Shown here: one piece after another, positions 28,656-38,095 of the stretch
How positions within the stretch are numbered: position 1 is the stretch's first letter
Layout of the letters: every line of letters starts with the position of its first letter
Assembly: GCA_963817525.1 (NCBI GenBank)
Contig: CAWFOU010000007.1
Location: 1,217,379 to 1,281,378, forward strand
Direction: 5' to 3'
Origin: an uncultured archaeon
GTDB lineage: Archaea > Thermoproteota > Nitrososphaeria > Nitrososphaerales > Gagatemarchaeaceae
Length of the DNA stretch: 64,000 bases
The notes under the pieces: model-generated
The model's database searches: none
What the model saw: the letters and a program-made list of their open reading frames with translations, nothing else
Told to the model about the DNA's origin: nothing
Program-made: the position numbers and the translations under genes

Positions 28656-29414
28656 ATGCGGGTCAGAACCGAGATAAAGCCAATATATGTTCGCGTGGGC
28701 GTCCCCGTCGCACTCGGTTTCCTCCTTCTTCTTGTCAGATTGCCCGCAGCGAGCGCTTGGCAGTTGGGATGGTCGACAACCGATTCCAATTACGAATACG
28801 GAGTCGGGGCTTATCAGGAGGTCACCGGATCAATTCCACAAGCAGCCCCTGATTACGTTGCAGCAGTGACGGGATTCACGGAATACGACACAAGTTGTTG
28901 GCAAACGATTGGGGAAGGTTCTGCCGATAGCGGTAGCGACGTCTATAATGCGGGCGAGCCCTGCTCGGGGGGAGTGAGAATCTGCGGCGGTGGCACTAGT
29001 TACAGCGGTCCCAGCTTGGGAAGCTCCTATTTCAATAACATCTATTGGGATTCCGCGAACGACCGTTGGCAGTGGGTGGCTGCAGCATGCTCGAATCATA
29101 GCGTCACTTGGGCTCCTGGATATACTACCGACACCGTTAATGACGCTGGGTCTGTGGATATGATGGAGTCCACGGACAGCGCGCACAACGACTTCACCAG
29201 CGATAAAGCGACAGTTGACTTCGTACCTTCACTCGCGTACATGAACTCAGGTGGAACCTGGGTTTGGAGTTCCGCTACAGTGACCTACACCAACAGCCCG
29301 CCAACGTCGCTCGGAGTTTCGTATGACTGCAACGATCCTAATGACATCTACATCTCCTCTAGTGGAAGTTGGAACGAATCAGCGTGGGCAGGCGGTTGGG
29401 CTGCTTGCAGTTGA
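28656..29414 (+). CDS. secreted acidic Trp/Cys-rich protein, possibly divergent G1-peptidase-like
   Basis: Signal peptide ending ASA; CWQTIGE and MMESTDSAHNDF resemble 3868..4746. Confidence 0.7.
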   Translation: MRVRTEIKPIYVRVGVPVALGFLLLLVRLPAASAWQLGWSTTDSNYEYGVGAYQEVTGSIPQAAPDYVAAVTGFTEYDTSCWQTIGEGSADSGSDVYNAGEPCSGGVRICGGGTSYSGPSLGSSYFNNIYWDSANDRWQWVAAACSNHSVTWAPGYTTDTVNDAGSVDMMESTDSAHNDFTSDKATVDFVPSLAYMNSGGTWVWSSATVTYTNSPPTSLGVSYDCNDPNDIYISSSGSWNESAWAGGWAACS

Positions 29415-29436
29415 CACTTTATAAAAAGTGATAGCG

Positions 29437-30072
29437 ATGATGAGAAAGAGAACGCCGGTTGTTCTGTCTGTCCTTCTGATCTTGGTGGCGACTGGAGCCG
29501 TTTCCAGTTACGCCGCGATTAGCCATACCGCGTCTACGACGGCCTCGGCAAACTCCACCAGCGGATATCCAAGAACTGCATCAGGAGGCTGGAGTCTGAA
29601 CTTCGTGGGGACGGACCCAACCCCTGCTGGATGTACTGATCTGGTGCGGACCACCTTCATCCAAGGCTACTCTTTGAAGACATACGTCTCATCTAACGCT
29701 GTGACGACCGGAGGGTTAGTCTGCATTGATATCGTCCTCCAAAACGTGAATGGCACAGTCGTTACGTGGGGGACATCGGATTTGTTCAGGTCCATAGGTT
29801 ACAACTTGACGGACTCGTCGGGACGCGTGGTGGACTCGTTCTACTGCCAGCCGACAGTGCCTCCGCCGGGCCAAGGTCCTGGGGCTGATGTTCCTCGCAC
29901 TACAACCTTCTGTGCTGCCATCTGGGATACAAGTGCGCCTAACGCTTCGGGCATCCCTCCGCAACCCGGAACCTATCACATCACTGCTTCTGCAGCCTAT
30001 CCTGGTATTGCTGGACCTAACTCTACCGCAACTGCCCAGTCCACTGTCAGCGTCGCTGTTCTTCTTCAATAG
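29437..30072 (+). CDS. exported Ig-like protein
   Basis: Signal/anchor helix, IVLQNVNG and WD...PGTYHITAS. Confidence 0.7.
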   Translation: MMRKRTPVVLSVLLILVATGAVSSYAAISHTASTTASANSTSGYPRTASGGWSLNFVGTDPTPAGCTDLVRTTFIQGYSLKTYVSSNAVTTGGLVCIDIVLQNVNGTVVTWGTSDLFRSIGYNLTDSSGRVVDSFYCQPTVPPPGQGPGADVPRTTTFCAAIWDTSAPNASGIPPQPGTYHITASAAYPGIAGPNSTATAQSTVSVAVLLQ

Positions 30073-30134
30073 GAGAGAAATGGCGGAGCCTGGTCTTCCA
30101 GCGTGCGGATTATTGATAGTCAAGTTCGCCGAGT

Positions 30135-32237
30135 TCAGGCCGAAGCACCTTGCCTTCTGTTGGTAGCCTCCAGTCTCCTGATTCGCAATCTTCTCCAGGA
30201 TACTTCCGTCGAGAGCACCAAGAAGGTGCTTAGCGACAAAATTGCTGCTTCTTGCTCTGTCGGTGTGGCGGAGTAGAGAAGAACGATATGGTGAAGGCCC
30301 GAAGAAACGTGGATGACCGGCAAGCCAGGCGGGGAAAGGAGGATGGGAACAGAGCTCCCATTGTCCTCTGCAACCCAGCCTGCAGAGTAGGAATTCGAGA
30401 CAAGGACGTAAGACGACTGGTTGACATCCATATCAAACGAAATCCTCGTCTCTCCCCAGCTCAGGTTGGAGAGTGAGTAATTCTCTTGGGTCGTCGGAGC
30501 GGTGGGTATCGGCTCGTTGCAGTTCACGTCTTGGGAAGAGCTGAACTGGCTGTTCGGCATCGACCCGGTCACGTAGACCAGCTGGGAGCCGGGAACCTGG
30601 TAGATGTCGACCTCGGCGTTTACGAACACCGGAGGGCCGAACGCCGACCCTGAAGAATTGTAACTCTGCATCGCCCCGGTTGCATCTCCTCCATACCCGT
30701 AGTCAATCATAACATAGCGTGCTCCGAGCAACTGCAGCCCACCGAGAGTCTTGGCGGTCGCGCCGCAGTAATAGACATTGTATGTGAAGTTTCGGTAAGC
30801 CTCCGTTGTTGCTTGATCATACCACCCGTCGATCGAGCCCTTGAGGGTGAATTCGGGGAAGGCCTCGTAATAGCGGTCCACGACCATCACCCTGAAGAAA
30901 CCGGGCTGACTGGCGAGGAAGTCGAACGCAGCCTGCTGACTCGGGTCGGATGATGTCTGCTGCACAGGGAGGTAGCCGGAGGAAGTCTTGGATACTGAGG
31001 GCGCCGCGGCGAGAACCAGGACAAAGAGCAGGACTAACGAGACCGCTGCAATCTTTCTCCCGTTCTGAGCTAGGGTCTTGCTGGCCGAGAGGTGCTGAAA
31101 CGAGCGCCAGAAGAAGAGTGCCGCCAGGGGAGCCAGGAACAGCACGTCTGTTATCTCAAACCTCCACCCGTCCTGAAGTGCCAAGACGAGGGGGATCTTG
31201 TAGAAGAGAGGGGTCAAGCTGGCCCCGACGGTCAAGAGCACCGAGACGACGGCCGCCCCGAGCAGGGCGAACTCCTCTCTTCTCCGCAGGTATACGACCG
31301 AGGCCAGCGCCGGCAGGAGCAGTATCCAGCCCAGGTCTCCTGCGTTTGCGTTTCCGAAATTAGGCAGGAACAACGAATACCAGTGTATGACGTTGGAGCT
31401 TGGATACGCCCCGGTGGCCGACTCGGCCAAGAGGTTGAGCTGCCCCGACAGATCAATCTCTAGGTAAGGGATGAGCCAGAAGCCGCTCAGAAGGAGCCCT
31501 ATTGTCGCGGATGCGGCGATGACCAGTGTCGATTTGAGCGCCTTTGACCTGGGAATAAAGATGAGAAAGTAGGCCAGGAGGGGGAAGGACAACACGTAGA
31601 CGGTCGTCGAGTTTGAGAGAATCAGCAGCGCGATGAGGGCTCCAAAGGTAATCGTGGAATTCGGAGTCCGGTCCCGAAGCGCGATTCGACCAGACAAGAA
31701 AAGGAACGGAGCCAGCGCAAAGGCAAGCGAATAGGTCAGGCTCCCGGTATAGAATATGATGAGGATGTGCGAGGAGGCGAGGGAATAGAGGACCGCCGCA
31801 ACCACGGATGCGTTTGGCGCGACCCCGAAGTCGCGAGCAAGAGAGAAGGCGCCCAACCCCGACAGGATGAAGGACAGTAGGATGAGCGTCTTCATTCCAA
31901 ACAATGCGCTGGAAAACGACCACCCCAGGCCTCCTGCCAGGACGTAGGTCATAGGCGAGTAGGTGTAGAACAGCTGGAACCCGCTGTACCAGAACTGGCT
32001 CCAGCCCAGGAAGTTCCCATGGGCGAAGGAGTACATGAGGAACGCGGTTTTCGCCACGTGGCTCGACGCGTCATAACCGGGTATGCCGTCGGAGAGGAAC
32101 AAGGGCAAAGATCCGATTGCCGACAGGCCGCCGGCAAGGAGAAGATAGATAGAATCCGAAGGACGCGTTTTCAACCTTGCAAACAAAAAATCCGATAGTT
32201 GAGAGGTTAGATAATCAATTAAACTCTCGGCTTGCAT
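30135..32237 (-). CDS. GT-C-fold membrane glycosyltransferase-like protein (PTPS-related/YfhO-like)
   Basis: GYDASSH, WSQFWYSGFQLFYTYSP, more than ten TMs and C-terminal SYSAGWVA. Confidence 0.8.
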   Translation of the reverse strand: MQAESLIDYLTSQLSDFLFARLKTRPSDSIYLLLAGGLSAIGSLPLFLSDGIPGYDASSHVAKTAFLMYSFAHGNFLGWSQFWYSGFQLFYTYSPMTYVLAGGLGWSFSSALFGMKTLILLSFILSGLGAFSLARDFGVAPNASVVAAVLYSLASSHILIIFYTGSLTYSLAFALAPFLFLSGRIALRDRTPNSTITFGALIALLILSNSTTVYVLSFPLLAYFLIFIPRSKALKSTLVIAASATIGLLLSGFWLIPYLEIDLSGQLNLLAESATGAYPSSNVIHWYSLFLPNFGNANAGDLGWILLLPALASVVYLRRREEFALLGAAVVSVLLTVGASLTPLFYKIPLVLALQDGWRFEITDVLFLAPLAALFFWRSFQHLSASKTLAQNGRKIAAVSLVLLFVLVLAAAPSVSKTSSGYLPVQQTSSDPSQQAAFDFLASQPGFFRVMVVDRYYEAFPEFTLKGSIDGWYDQATTEAYRNFTYNVYYCGATAKTLGGLQLLGARYVMIDYGYGGDATGAMQSYNSSGSAFGPPVFVNAEVDIYQVPGSQLVYVTGSMPNSQFSSSQDVNCNEPIPTAPTTQENYSLSNLSWGETRISFDMDVNQSSYVLVSNSYSAGWVAEDNGSSVPILLSPPGLPVIHVSSGLHHIVLLYSATPTEQEAAILSLSTFLVLSTEVSWRRLRIRRLEATNRRQGASA

Positions 32238-32459
32238 CGTTCTTGCAGTATCAAGTACACAAAACGTCTCGGCTAGGAGAAGAACAAGAATCGTTTGGAC
32301 AAAGGTATATCACAAACGAAAGTCGAACGACCCGAACGGGCGTGATTCATCTTTTTCCGATTTCTTTTTCTGTTGCCAACGACCAACAAGAAATACAGCG
32401 AGAAAAAATAAGGGTGCAGTGTAGGCTCGTGCACATGGGTCTTGGCGAAGTGACCGCTT

Positions 32460-32506
32460 TTAGCACTTGTATTACAAAGTAAGCCTCAGCATTATATGCT
32501 CAGACC
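32460..32506 (+). promoter_or_regulatory. conserved operator plus TATA box, copy 3
   Basis: TTAGCACTTGTATTACAAAGTAAGCCTCAGCATTATATG. Confidence 0.75.
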
Positions 32507-32523
32507 GTTCATGACCAAATGTC

Positions 32524-33753
32524 GTGAAAGGAACTGCGAAGGCGCACGAAACTTCAATGCCGACCTTGCGTGAGCTCTCCTTGTCACTAGTATTTGCACT
32601 GATAGTCGCCGTGCCTCTGACATCACAAATAGCCAATGCGGCATCTGGAAATGCTTCAACTCCATTGACGTCAGCGGCAAACTCTCCTTGCTTGGCATCG
32701 GAGATGCAGTCAACAAACGTAAATTCCTTGGAGGCAAGCACCCGTGCCAACGCAGAATTTCAACAGTCCGCGGCCGGTGACAACTACACCTTGCAGGCAT
32801 TCGGAATTCAGGCGGGACAGAGTTGCTCTCCGATGCTCATGTTCAATAACGCGAAAGGTGCATCAATACAAGTGACATTTTCCGCCGACGACGCGATAAG
32901 TCAAGTGGTCTACTCGCCTCCAAGCACCGTCACCCATTACGTATGCACTCCCTCCTGTGCGATCTGGTCGGGTGAGGAGTCATACAGGTGCCAAGTCTCA
33001 GGGAGTCAATGCAACGCAGTCGCGATGAGTTCGGCTCAAGGAGTCTTCAATGTTCCCCCGGCTACAGTACCAACTCTACATGAAGACTCGAGTTGTTGCG
33101 TAACCTCCAATTGGGTCGGCATAGGCGATGCCCAGGGCGCAAGTGATGGCACCTTGTTCCAGGGAGGGGTGGACGTTAATTCGGCCCATGAAACAAGCGA
33201 AAGCTGTAATTCGGGTGGAAGCTGTTTCGGGACACCTGCGTTCTGGTATGAATGCCTCGGCTGCACGAGCTCTGCATCGGTTTACTGGAACAGCAATTGT
33301 CTTACCGTCAATTACGGTGACGACGTGAATGTGACAGCATCTCGTGGCTCATTTGTTAGCGGTGGGACCACGTATACAGCCAAGCTGACGTACTCGGATA
33401 ACGACTCCAGCTCAACTTGTGCCGTGATCTGGTTCTTCAAAGGGACGGGCACCACTTTCAATGCATATTGGGCCTACTACATTCTGGAGTCCGTGACCTA
33501 TTCAGGATGCAGTTACTCCACAGGAGGATTCAGCAATCTCTGCCAGATCAGCGAGTTCAATAACAACCCAGTAGTTTACACTGCAGAGAACTACTACTCT
33601 GCAGGTGGTTGGGCCGGCTTCGAATCGGCTCCGTCGGGCTACCTCTATTCAGAAATTCCGCATTACCTCTATCAGGGCATACAAGACACTACAAACACGA
33701 TAAACAGTGTCACTCAGTTCACCGAAGCTTGGCAGACTAGCCAGCAAATATAG
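32524..33753 (+). CDS. secreted G1-family (eqolisin/peptidase A4) glutamic endopeptidase with a propeptide
   Basis: Ordered motifs IWSG, GVFNVP, NWVGIG, LFQGG (catalytic Q), FWYE, YGDDV and YILES (catalytic E). Confidence 0.8.
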   Translation: MKGTAKAHETSMPTLRELSLSLVFALIVAVPLTSQIANAASGNASTPLTSAANSPCLASEMQSTNVNSLEASTRANAEFQQSAAGDNYTLQAFGIQAGQSCSPMLMFNNAKGASIQVTFSADDAISQVVYSPPSTVTHYVCTPSCAIWSGEESYRCQVSGSQCNAVAMSSAQGVFNVPPATVPTLHEDSSCCVTSNWVGIGDAQGASDGTLFQGGVDVNSAHETSESCNSGGSCFGTPAFWYECLGCTSSASVYWNSNCLTVNYGDDVNVTASRGSFVSGGTTYTAKLTYSDNDSSSTCAVIWFFKGTGTTFNAYWAYYILESVTYSGCSYSTGGFSNLCQISEFNNNPVVYTAENYYSAGGWAGFESAPSGYLYSEIPHYLYQGIQDTTNTINSVTQFTEAWQTSQQI

Positions 33754-33789
33754 CCAGCAAATATGGCCTCGTGCCTTATCATTCTAGGT

Positions 33790-34422
33790 TCACGCCCCCT
33801 CTCCGTCATCCTCAAAGAGAAGGAGCAACTGCTTTCCAGTCTCTGTCAGCTCATACACCTTCACTTTGCCGTATGCACTTTGTTCTCGCACAAACTCTTG
33901 CTTGTTGAGCCGTCTGACTTGGTAGTCGATTGCCTTCCAGTCGAGGCCAAGTTCCTGAGCAAGTTGAAGTCTATCCTTCGGCGCAGAAAGAGCGGCCATA
34001 ATCTTCAGTCTCGTCTTCCCACCCCTCATTCTAACGAAAAGGTCAAACACTTGGGAGTCGAATCCTAGCTTCGTCCATCTTGACTTCACACGCCCACGCC
34101 ACACCCATAGACATCCTACTAGGAACCAACTTGTTGGTGCCGACACGAGAGATTGACCTTCTAGGTTTCGAATTAGCGCCTGAGCCGGAGATAGGGAATT
34201 CCCGAAGCCGCCATGCCCAACCGTCGCCGAAGAAGGTGTCAACATGTATGCCCCAACAAGAACGGTGTTCATTAGCGCGAATACCTCGAGAATCATCACG
34301 GCCATGGAGAATCTCGACAACACGTTCAGAAAAACGGCATCCTGTCGTAAATACTTTATTCCGAACCCTAGGAAAAACGCTAAAAGAATAGAGAAGACGT
34401 GTGCTTCGAGATTGAAGGACAA
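33790..34422 (-). CDS. membrane-bound winged-helix (ArsR-like) regulator
   Basis: Three N-terminal TMs, then MRGGKTRLKIM...QLAQELGLDWKAIDYQV...YELTETG. Confidence 0.85.
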   Translation of the reverse strand: MSFNLEAHVFSILLAFFLGFGIKYLRQDAVFLNVLSRFSMAVMILEVFALMNTVLVGAYMLTPSSATVGHGGFGNSLSPAQALIRNLEGQSLVSAPTSWFLVGCLWVWRGRVKSRWTKLGFDSQVFDLFVRMRGGKTRLKIMAALSAPKDRLQLAQELGLDWKAIDYQVRRLNKQEFVREQSAYGKVKVYELTETGKQLLLLFEDDGEGA

Positions 34423-34480
34423 AACCAGGTTCGAATCGACTTCTAGAATATCGACAAAAAAACTAGTAAGACTCAGAATT

Positions 34481-34717
34481 ATGTTCGCCGGTACTTCGGT
34501 TTTAGCCGTTCCATTTTATTGGTATGTCGACCGTACCTACGCCAATGTCGTCTGTCATTGTCCGCTCGTGCCTTCCACGACGGTATTTGGTTTCGCAGCC
34601 TCTTGTTGCTGGCAGCTACAGGTGCATTTCTATGGCGAGGTTGCGGCTTCGCTGCTCTTGATTGCAGGGTTAGCAGGAGTCATATTCACTTCCTTTCTGC
34701 TTAGGACTAGGCGATAG
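34481..34717 (+). CDS. small 2-TM protein with a Cys-rich loop
   Basis: Architecture TM-VCHCP...SCC-TM. Confidence 0.45.
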   Translation: MFAGTSVLAVPFYWYVDRTYANVVCHCPLVPSTTVFGFAASCCWQLQVHFYGEVAASLLLIAGLAGVIFTSFLLRTRR

Positions 34718-35102
34718 AGCTGCTCGGTTCGATTCGACAATTTCCCTAGGTTACTCGTGGGAACTGAAATCCCAACAATGGTATTCTGGCATGAATTGAG
34801 CCGACTGTTTCGGCTTCGCGGAGTGACGATAAGACCAAGCTCGCGTCCCGCGGGTTCCGCATCCGCCAAACTAAGGGTCGGCGCGTGAGCTATCTAGTTG
34901 CCAGTTTCCGTGTTGAAATCCGACTCCACCGAAAGGTCTTGCACGATTGTTCTTGGCAAGTTCGTGCACTACAGTCCGTGGGATTGATATGTGAACTGTG
35001 AGATTTGCTTGCTTGACAGGCAATTAGAGGTCTACTACATCAAAAAAGCCCTAGCAGAACTCTAAGGCGTCAACTGAGTACTTGACCCTCCTTTCAGAGA
35101 TT

Positions 35103-35140
35103 GCACAAGTAATACAATGTTACCGCCATGCGTATATATC
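35103..35140 (+). promoter_or_regulatory. conserved operator plus TATA box, degenerate copy 4
   Basis: GTAATACAATGTTACCGCCATGCGTATATATC; 25/32 identical to 28603-28634. Confidence 0.55.
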
Positions 35141-35161
35141 ACCTTGAGAGATAATAATGAC

Positions 35162-35632
35162 ATGGCTGGCATAAAGGTGGTCGATCTTACCAAGGAACAC
35201 GACATCCCAATGATGGCCGTCGCTCGGGGCGGGGGTGGAGCTTCCAAGTATGAGTTGAAGGATTATGGAGTAACCACGATTGATGGAATAACCTTCTCAT
35301 TCCTGAACCCCACTTACGAAGGGCAATCCTATTTCGGCCATGAGATAAGTTTCAAAGAGGGAGAAAAGGAAATTCATGTTATCGTAGCTCAGGAAAAGAA
35401 TGGAGTTGTGGTCGCCGTCAACATGATCTCAGATGTGAAAATTGAAGGCGATATGAAGACAGGTCATCTGAGAGCGTACTCAATGATAGGTAAAGAAGTG
35501 AGGAAGACGATTGATGGAACATACGAAGGGAGAATGAAGAATTTCAGTAAAGTCGATGATTTGATGGGTTTCATTAAGAAAGGAGATCATAGGTCGCCTG
35601 AGTTCAAGAAGAGTCTCAAGAGGGTCGATTGA
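35162..35632 (+). CDS. hypothetical cytoplasmic protein (AT-richer codon usage)
   Basis: Clean ORF just downstream of a TATA box. Confidence 0.7.
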   Translation: MAGIKVVDLTKEHDIPMMAVARGGGGASKYELKDYGVTTIDGITFSFLNPTYEGQSYFGHEISFKEGEKEIHVIVAQEKNGVVVAVNMISDVKIEGDMKTGHLRAYSMIGKEVRKTIDGTYEGRMKNFSKVDDLMGFIKKGDHRSPEFKKSLKRVD

Positions 35633-36038
35633 AGTGCCCATAGCCTCGTCAGCCGCGTTTTACGAATGCTATTTTAACGACTGTGGTTCCGACAATTTGG
35701 CCCCAGTGATTGGCTACGTGAACTGCACCGATTTTTGTCTCGGAGTGGCTGGAATCGCCGATTTATTCTTCGATCCATAAAGAGAAAGTACTGACTAGCA
35801 CACAGGAGCCGCCTCGGTCGGGGCTCGAATTCGCCTCAACCATCTCCGGCCAGTCGTCGGAATTCTAGCACCTCTTTGGAGGTAGGAAGCACATCACACC
35901 CTATCGGGTCATTGTAGATCCCATAGTCCTCTGGCGAAATCTTCCTGCGGGCTTTCCTTTGGAATGATGTTGGGGGCGAAAGCAGATAAAAAGACCCACC
36001 GCCCTTAACCGCTACGAGGAAGAGAAACGAGGCTGAGT

Positions 36039-36449
36039 ATGAATCACCCAACCGGCGAGTTGACGGACTTTGAACGGAGGGTGGTAGCGGAGGCCGCCCG
36101 AAGGCTATCCGAACCACTGGTCGCCGCCTACCTTGAAATGCTCGTGGGAAAGGGATACGTGAAAAAGGACGGCTCCGGACGCTACAAGGTCTCGGACAAG
36201 GAGTTCCTCGACCTGCTCATGGAGGCTGCGGACGACATCAACAAGAAGGTGGCTCCCGTCAAGAACTGGAAGGATCCCCGCCCGGTTCTCGCCTGGCATA
36301 TGGCCCGGATCGTGCTCGGCTACGACGTGGACACCCCTCACGATAGAATGAACGCCGAAGAGATGGGGAGGCTGATGAGCGTCATCAACGCCCTCCTCGA
36401 TACCCACTTCTCAAGCCCGAGATTGCTCAACCTCGCTCTTCGAATATAG
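36039..36449 (+). CDS. hypothetical protein, possible winged helix
   Basis: YLEMLVGKGYVKKDGSGRYKVS resembles a wHTH wing. Confidence 0.6.
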   Translation: MNHPTGELTDFERRVVAEAARRLSEPLVAAYLEMLVGKGYVKKDGSGRYKVSDKEFLDLLMEAADDINKKVAPVKNWKDPRPVLAWHMARIVLGYDVDTPHDRMNAEEMGRLMSVINALLDTHFSSPRLLNLALRI

Positions 36450-36461
36450 GATTGTTTCGGC

Positions 36462-37028
36462 TTGGCAGACCTGGAAAAGATGATCGGGGAGGCCGGCTAC
36501 CTGAAGCTCTCGTACCACGTCCCGAACATTCTGAACCTGAGGGGATTCGAGGTCGAGAGGCCGAGCGAGGAGAGCGACGGCGGGTCCACCGACTTCGAAC
36601 TCCTGAAGCGCGGATATCTGGAGTACCTCGGTCTCGTGGTCGACCACACCCTCAAGGGCAAGGTCTGGAAGCAGGTCGTCAAGGACAACCCCCACAGAGT
36701 GGCGCTCCAACAGCTCCTGGACCACCTCTCGACCTCACAGGAGATCGACTGGGGGGATTACTCGGGAGCGCTGGTCGAGTTCGATGTCTTCCTGAGGATC
36801 GAGCCGGCCTACTTCGGTCCGATGGATCCCTACGCGAAGACCATGGCCGTCGAGGGGATAAGGAACATCATCTTTGGCCTCCAGATCTCCTCGGCGGTGA
36901 AGGACCTCCCGACGAAGGATGACCTGATACGTCTCGGAGCGATACCTTCGCCCGCGGCCGAGCACCACGAGTTCACGCAAGAAGAAGGAGAACGCGAAAA
37001 GGGTAATCGATTAGGTCGAAACCAGTAA
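36462..37028 (+). CDS. hypothetical protein
   Basis: GC3-biased ORF 12 bp after the previous gene. Confidence 0.6.
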   Translation: MADLEKMIGEAGYLKLSYHVPNILNLRGFEVERPSEESDGGSTDFELLKRGYLEYLGLVVDHTLKGKVWKQVVKDNPHRVALQQLLDHLSTSQEIDWGDYSGALVEFDVFLRIEPAYFGPMDPYAKTMAVEGIRNIIFGLQISSAVKDLPTKDDLIRLGAIPSPAAEHHEFTQEEGEREKGNRLGRNQ

Positions 37029-37232
37029 AGAGGCTCGGCTTCTTGAGTTCTCTTACTACCCGGTTGAACATGTTGTCTGCGATGTGCTTCATTGCCAAGG
37101 TGAGCCTAAAATCGGCTCCTTTTGACATAAAATGTTCCAGTTAGTGGTTCAGCGTAATGCGTAAAAGGGACTAGAGCATAGCATTGTCGGTCGTGATTTT
37201 TCAATGCGTCGACGCGCGAGACAAGGAGAATC

Positions 37233-38039
37233 TTGGTGAAGGAACCTCGCTACTTTCAAACGAATCTCGACTATGAGCATTACAGGGTAACCACGGTCAA
37301 CCTGTATCACATGAAGAACATCCGCACACCGCCGAATTACTCGAATTATAGAGGCAGGTTCACTTTTGAGGTTGATGAAGAAGGATTCGAGGGTGTTACT
37401 ATTCAGATATCCACGACCGGCAAGCTGAACATCTACGCCCCGCGAGGAGGTCCCTTTGATGAAACTATTTTGCCGAGGACACTGGCGATTCTCGGCGAAG
37501 CGAATGGATCGACCGTAAACATCGTTGAGCAAACTCTCGGCTTCACGCCATCCTCAGATTTGGTCCGGCTCCACGAACGTATCACGGCAGTCTACGGTAG
37601 AGAGAAGATTGTGCAGATGCTGCCGGCAATCGCACGCCGCGCCAAGACGGGCGAAGTGATATTTGGCCAATGCAGAGACTGTACTGGCTATCCCCGAGAG
37701 CTCGCGGCGGAGATGGGCAGTGCGGCGCGAAGAGGCGTCAGGGTCCAGGCCTTGATTGCGGACCGACCAGAGTCTGGCGAATTCATGGCAAATGTGATGA
37801 AAGCGAAAGAGAAGTTCCCTGACCTTGTCGAGTACAGGTTCCATCCAGGAGATGTATACTCAAGCCTGTTCGGCATCCGAGGAAGAGAGGTGGTTGAATA
37901 CTATCACCTGTCGGACGGCCCAAACTTGGGGATACACTTCAACGACCCGATCATCACGAGATACCGGGAGATCTCATTTGACAGTCTTTGGGGGAGAGCA
38001 GTCGAAGGCGAAAGGGTCGGGGTGCCTCACGCGCCTTGA
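37233..38039 (+). CDS. protein with a possible TBP-like N-terminal repeat and a TrmB/PLD-like C-terminal domain
   Basis: VTIQISTTGKLNIY at the N-terminus; AARRGVRVQALI...FDSLW at the C-terminus. Confidence 0.55.
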   Translation: MVKEPRYFQTNLDYEHYRVTTVNLYHMKNIRTPPNYSNYRGRFTFEVDEEGFEGVTIQISTTGKLNIYAPRGGPFDETILPRTLAILGEANGSTVNIVEQTLGFTPSSDLVRLHERITAVYGREKIVQMLPAIARRAKTGEVIFGQCRDCTGYPRELAAEMGSAARRGVRVQALIADRPESGEFMANVMKAKEKFPDLVEYRFHPGDVYSSLFGIRGREVVEYYHLSDGPNLGIHFNDPIITRYREISFDSLWGRAVEGERVGVPHAP

Positions 38040-38095
38040 GCTCGCGAGGATCAGCCAGGCCCAAGGGCCAGAGACGGCGGGATGACCAACCTTCC

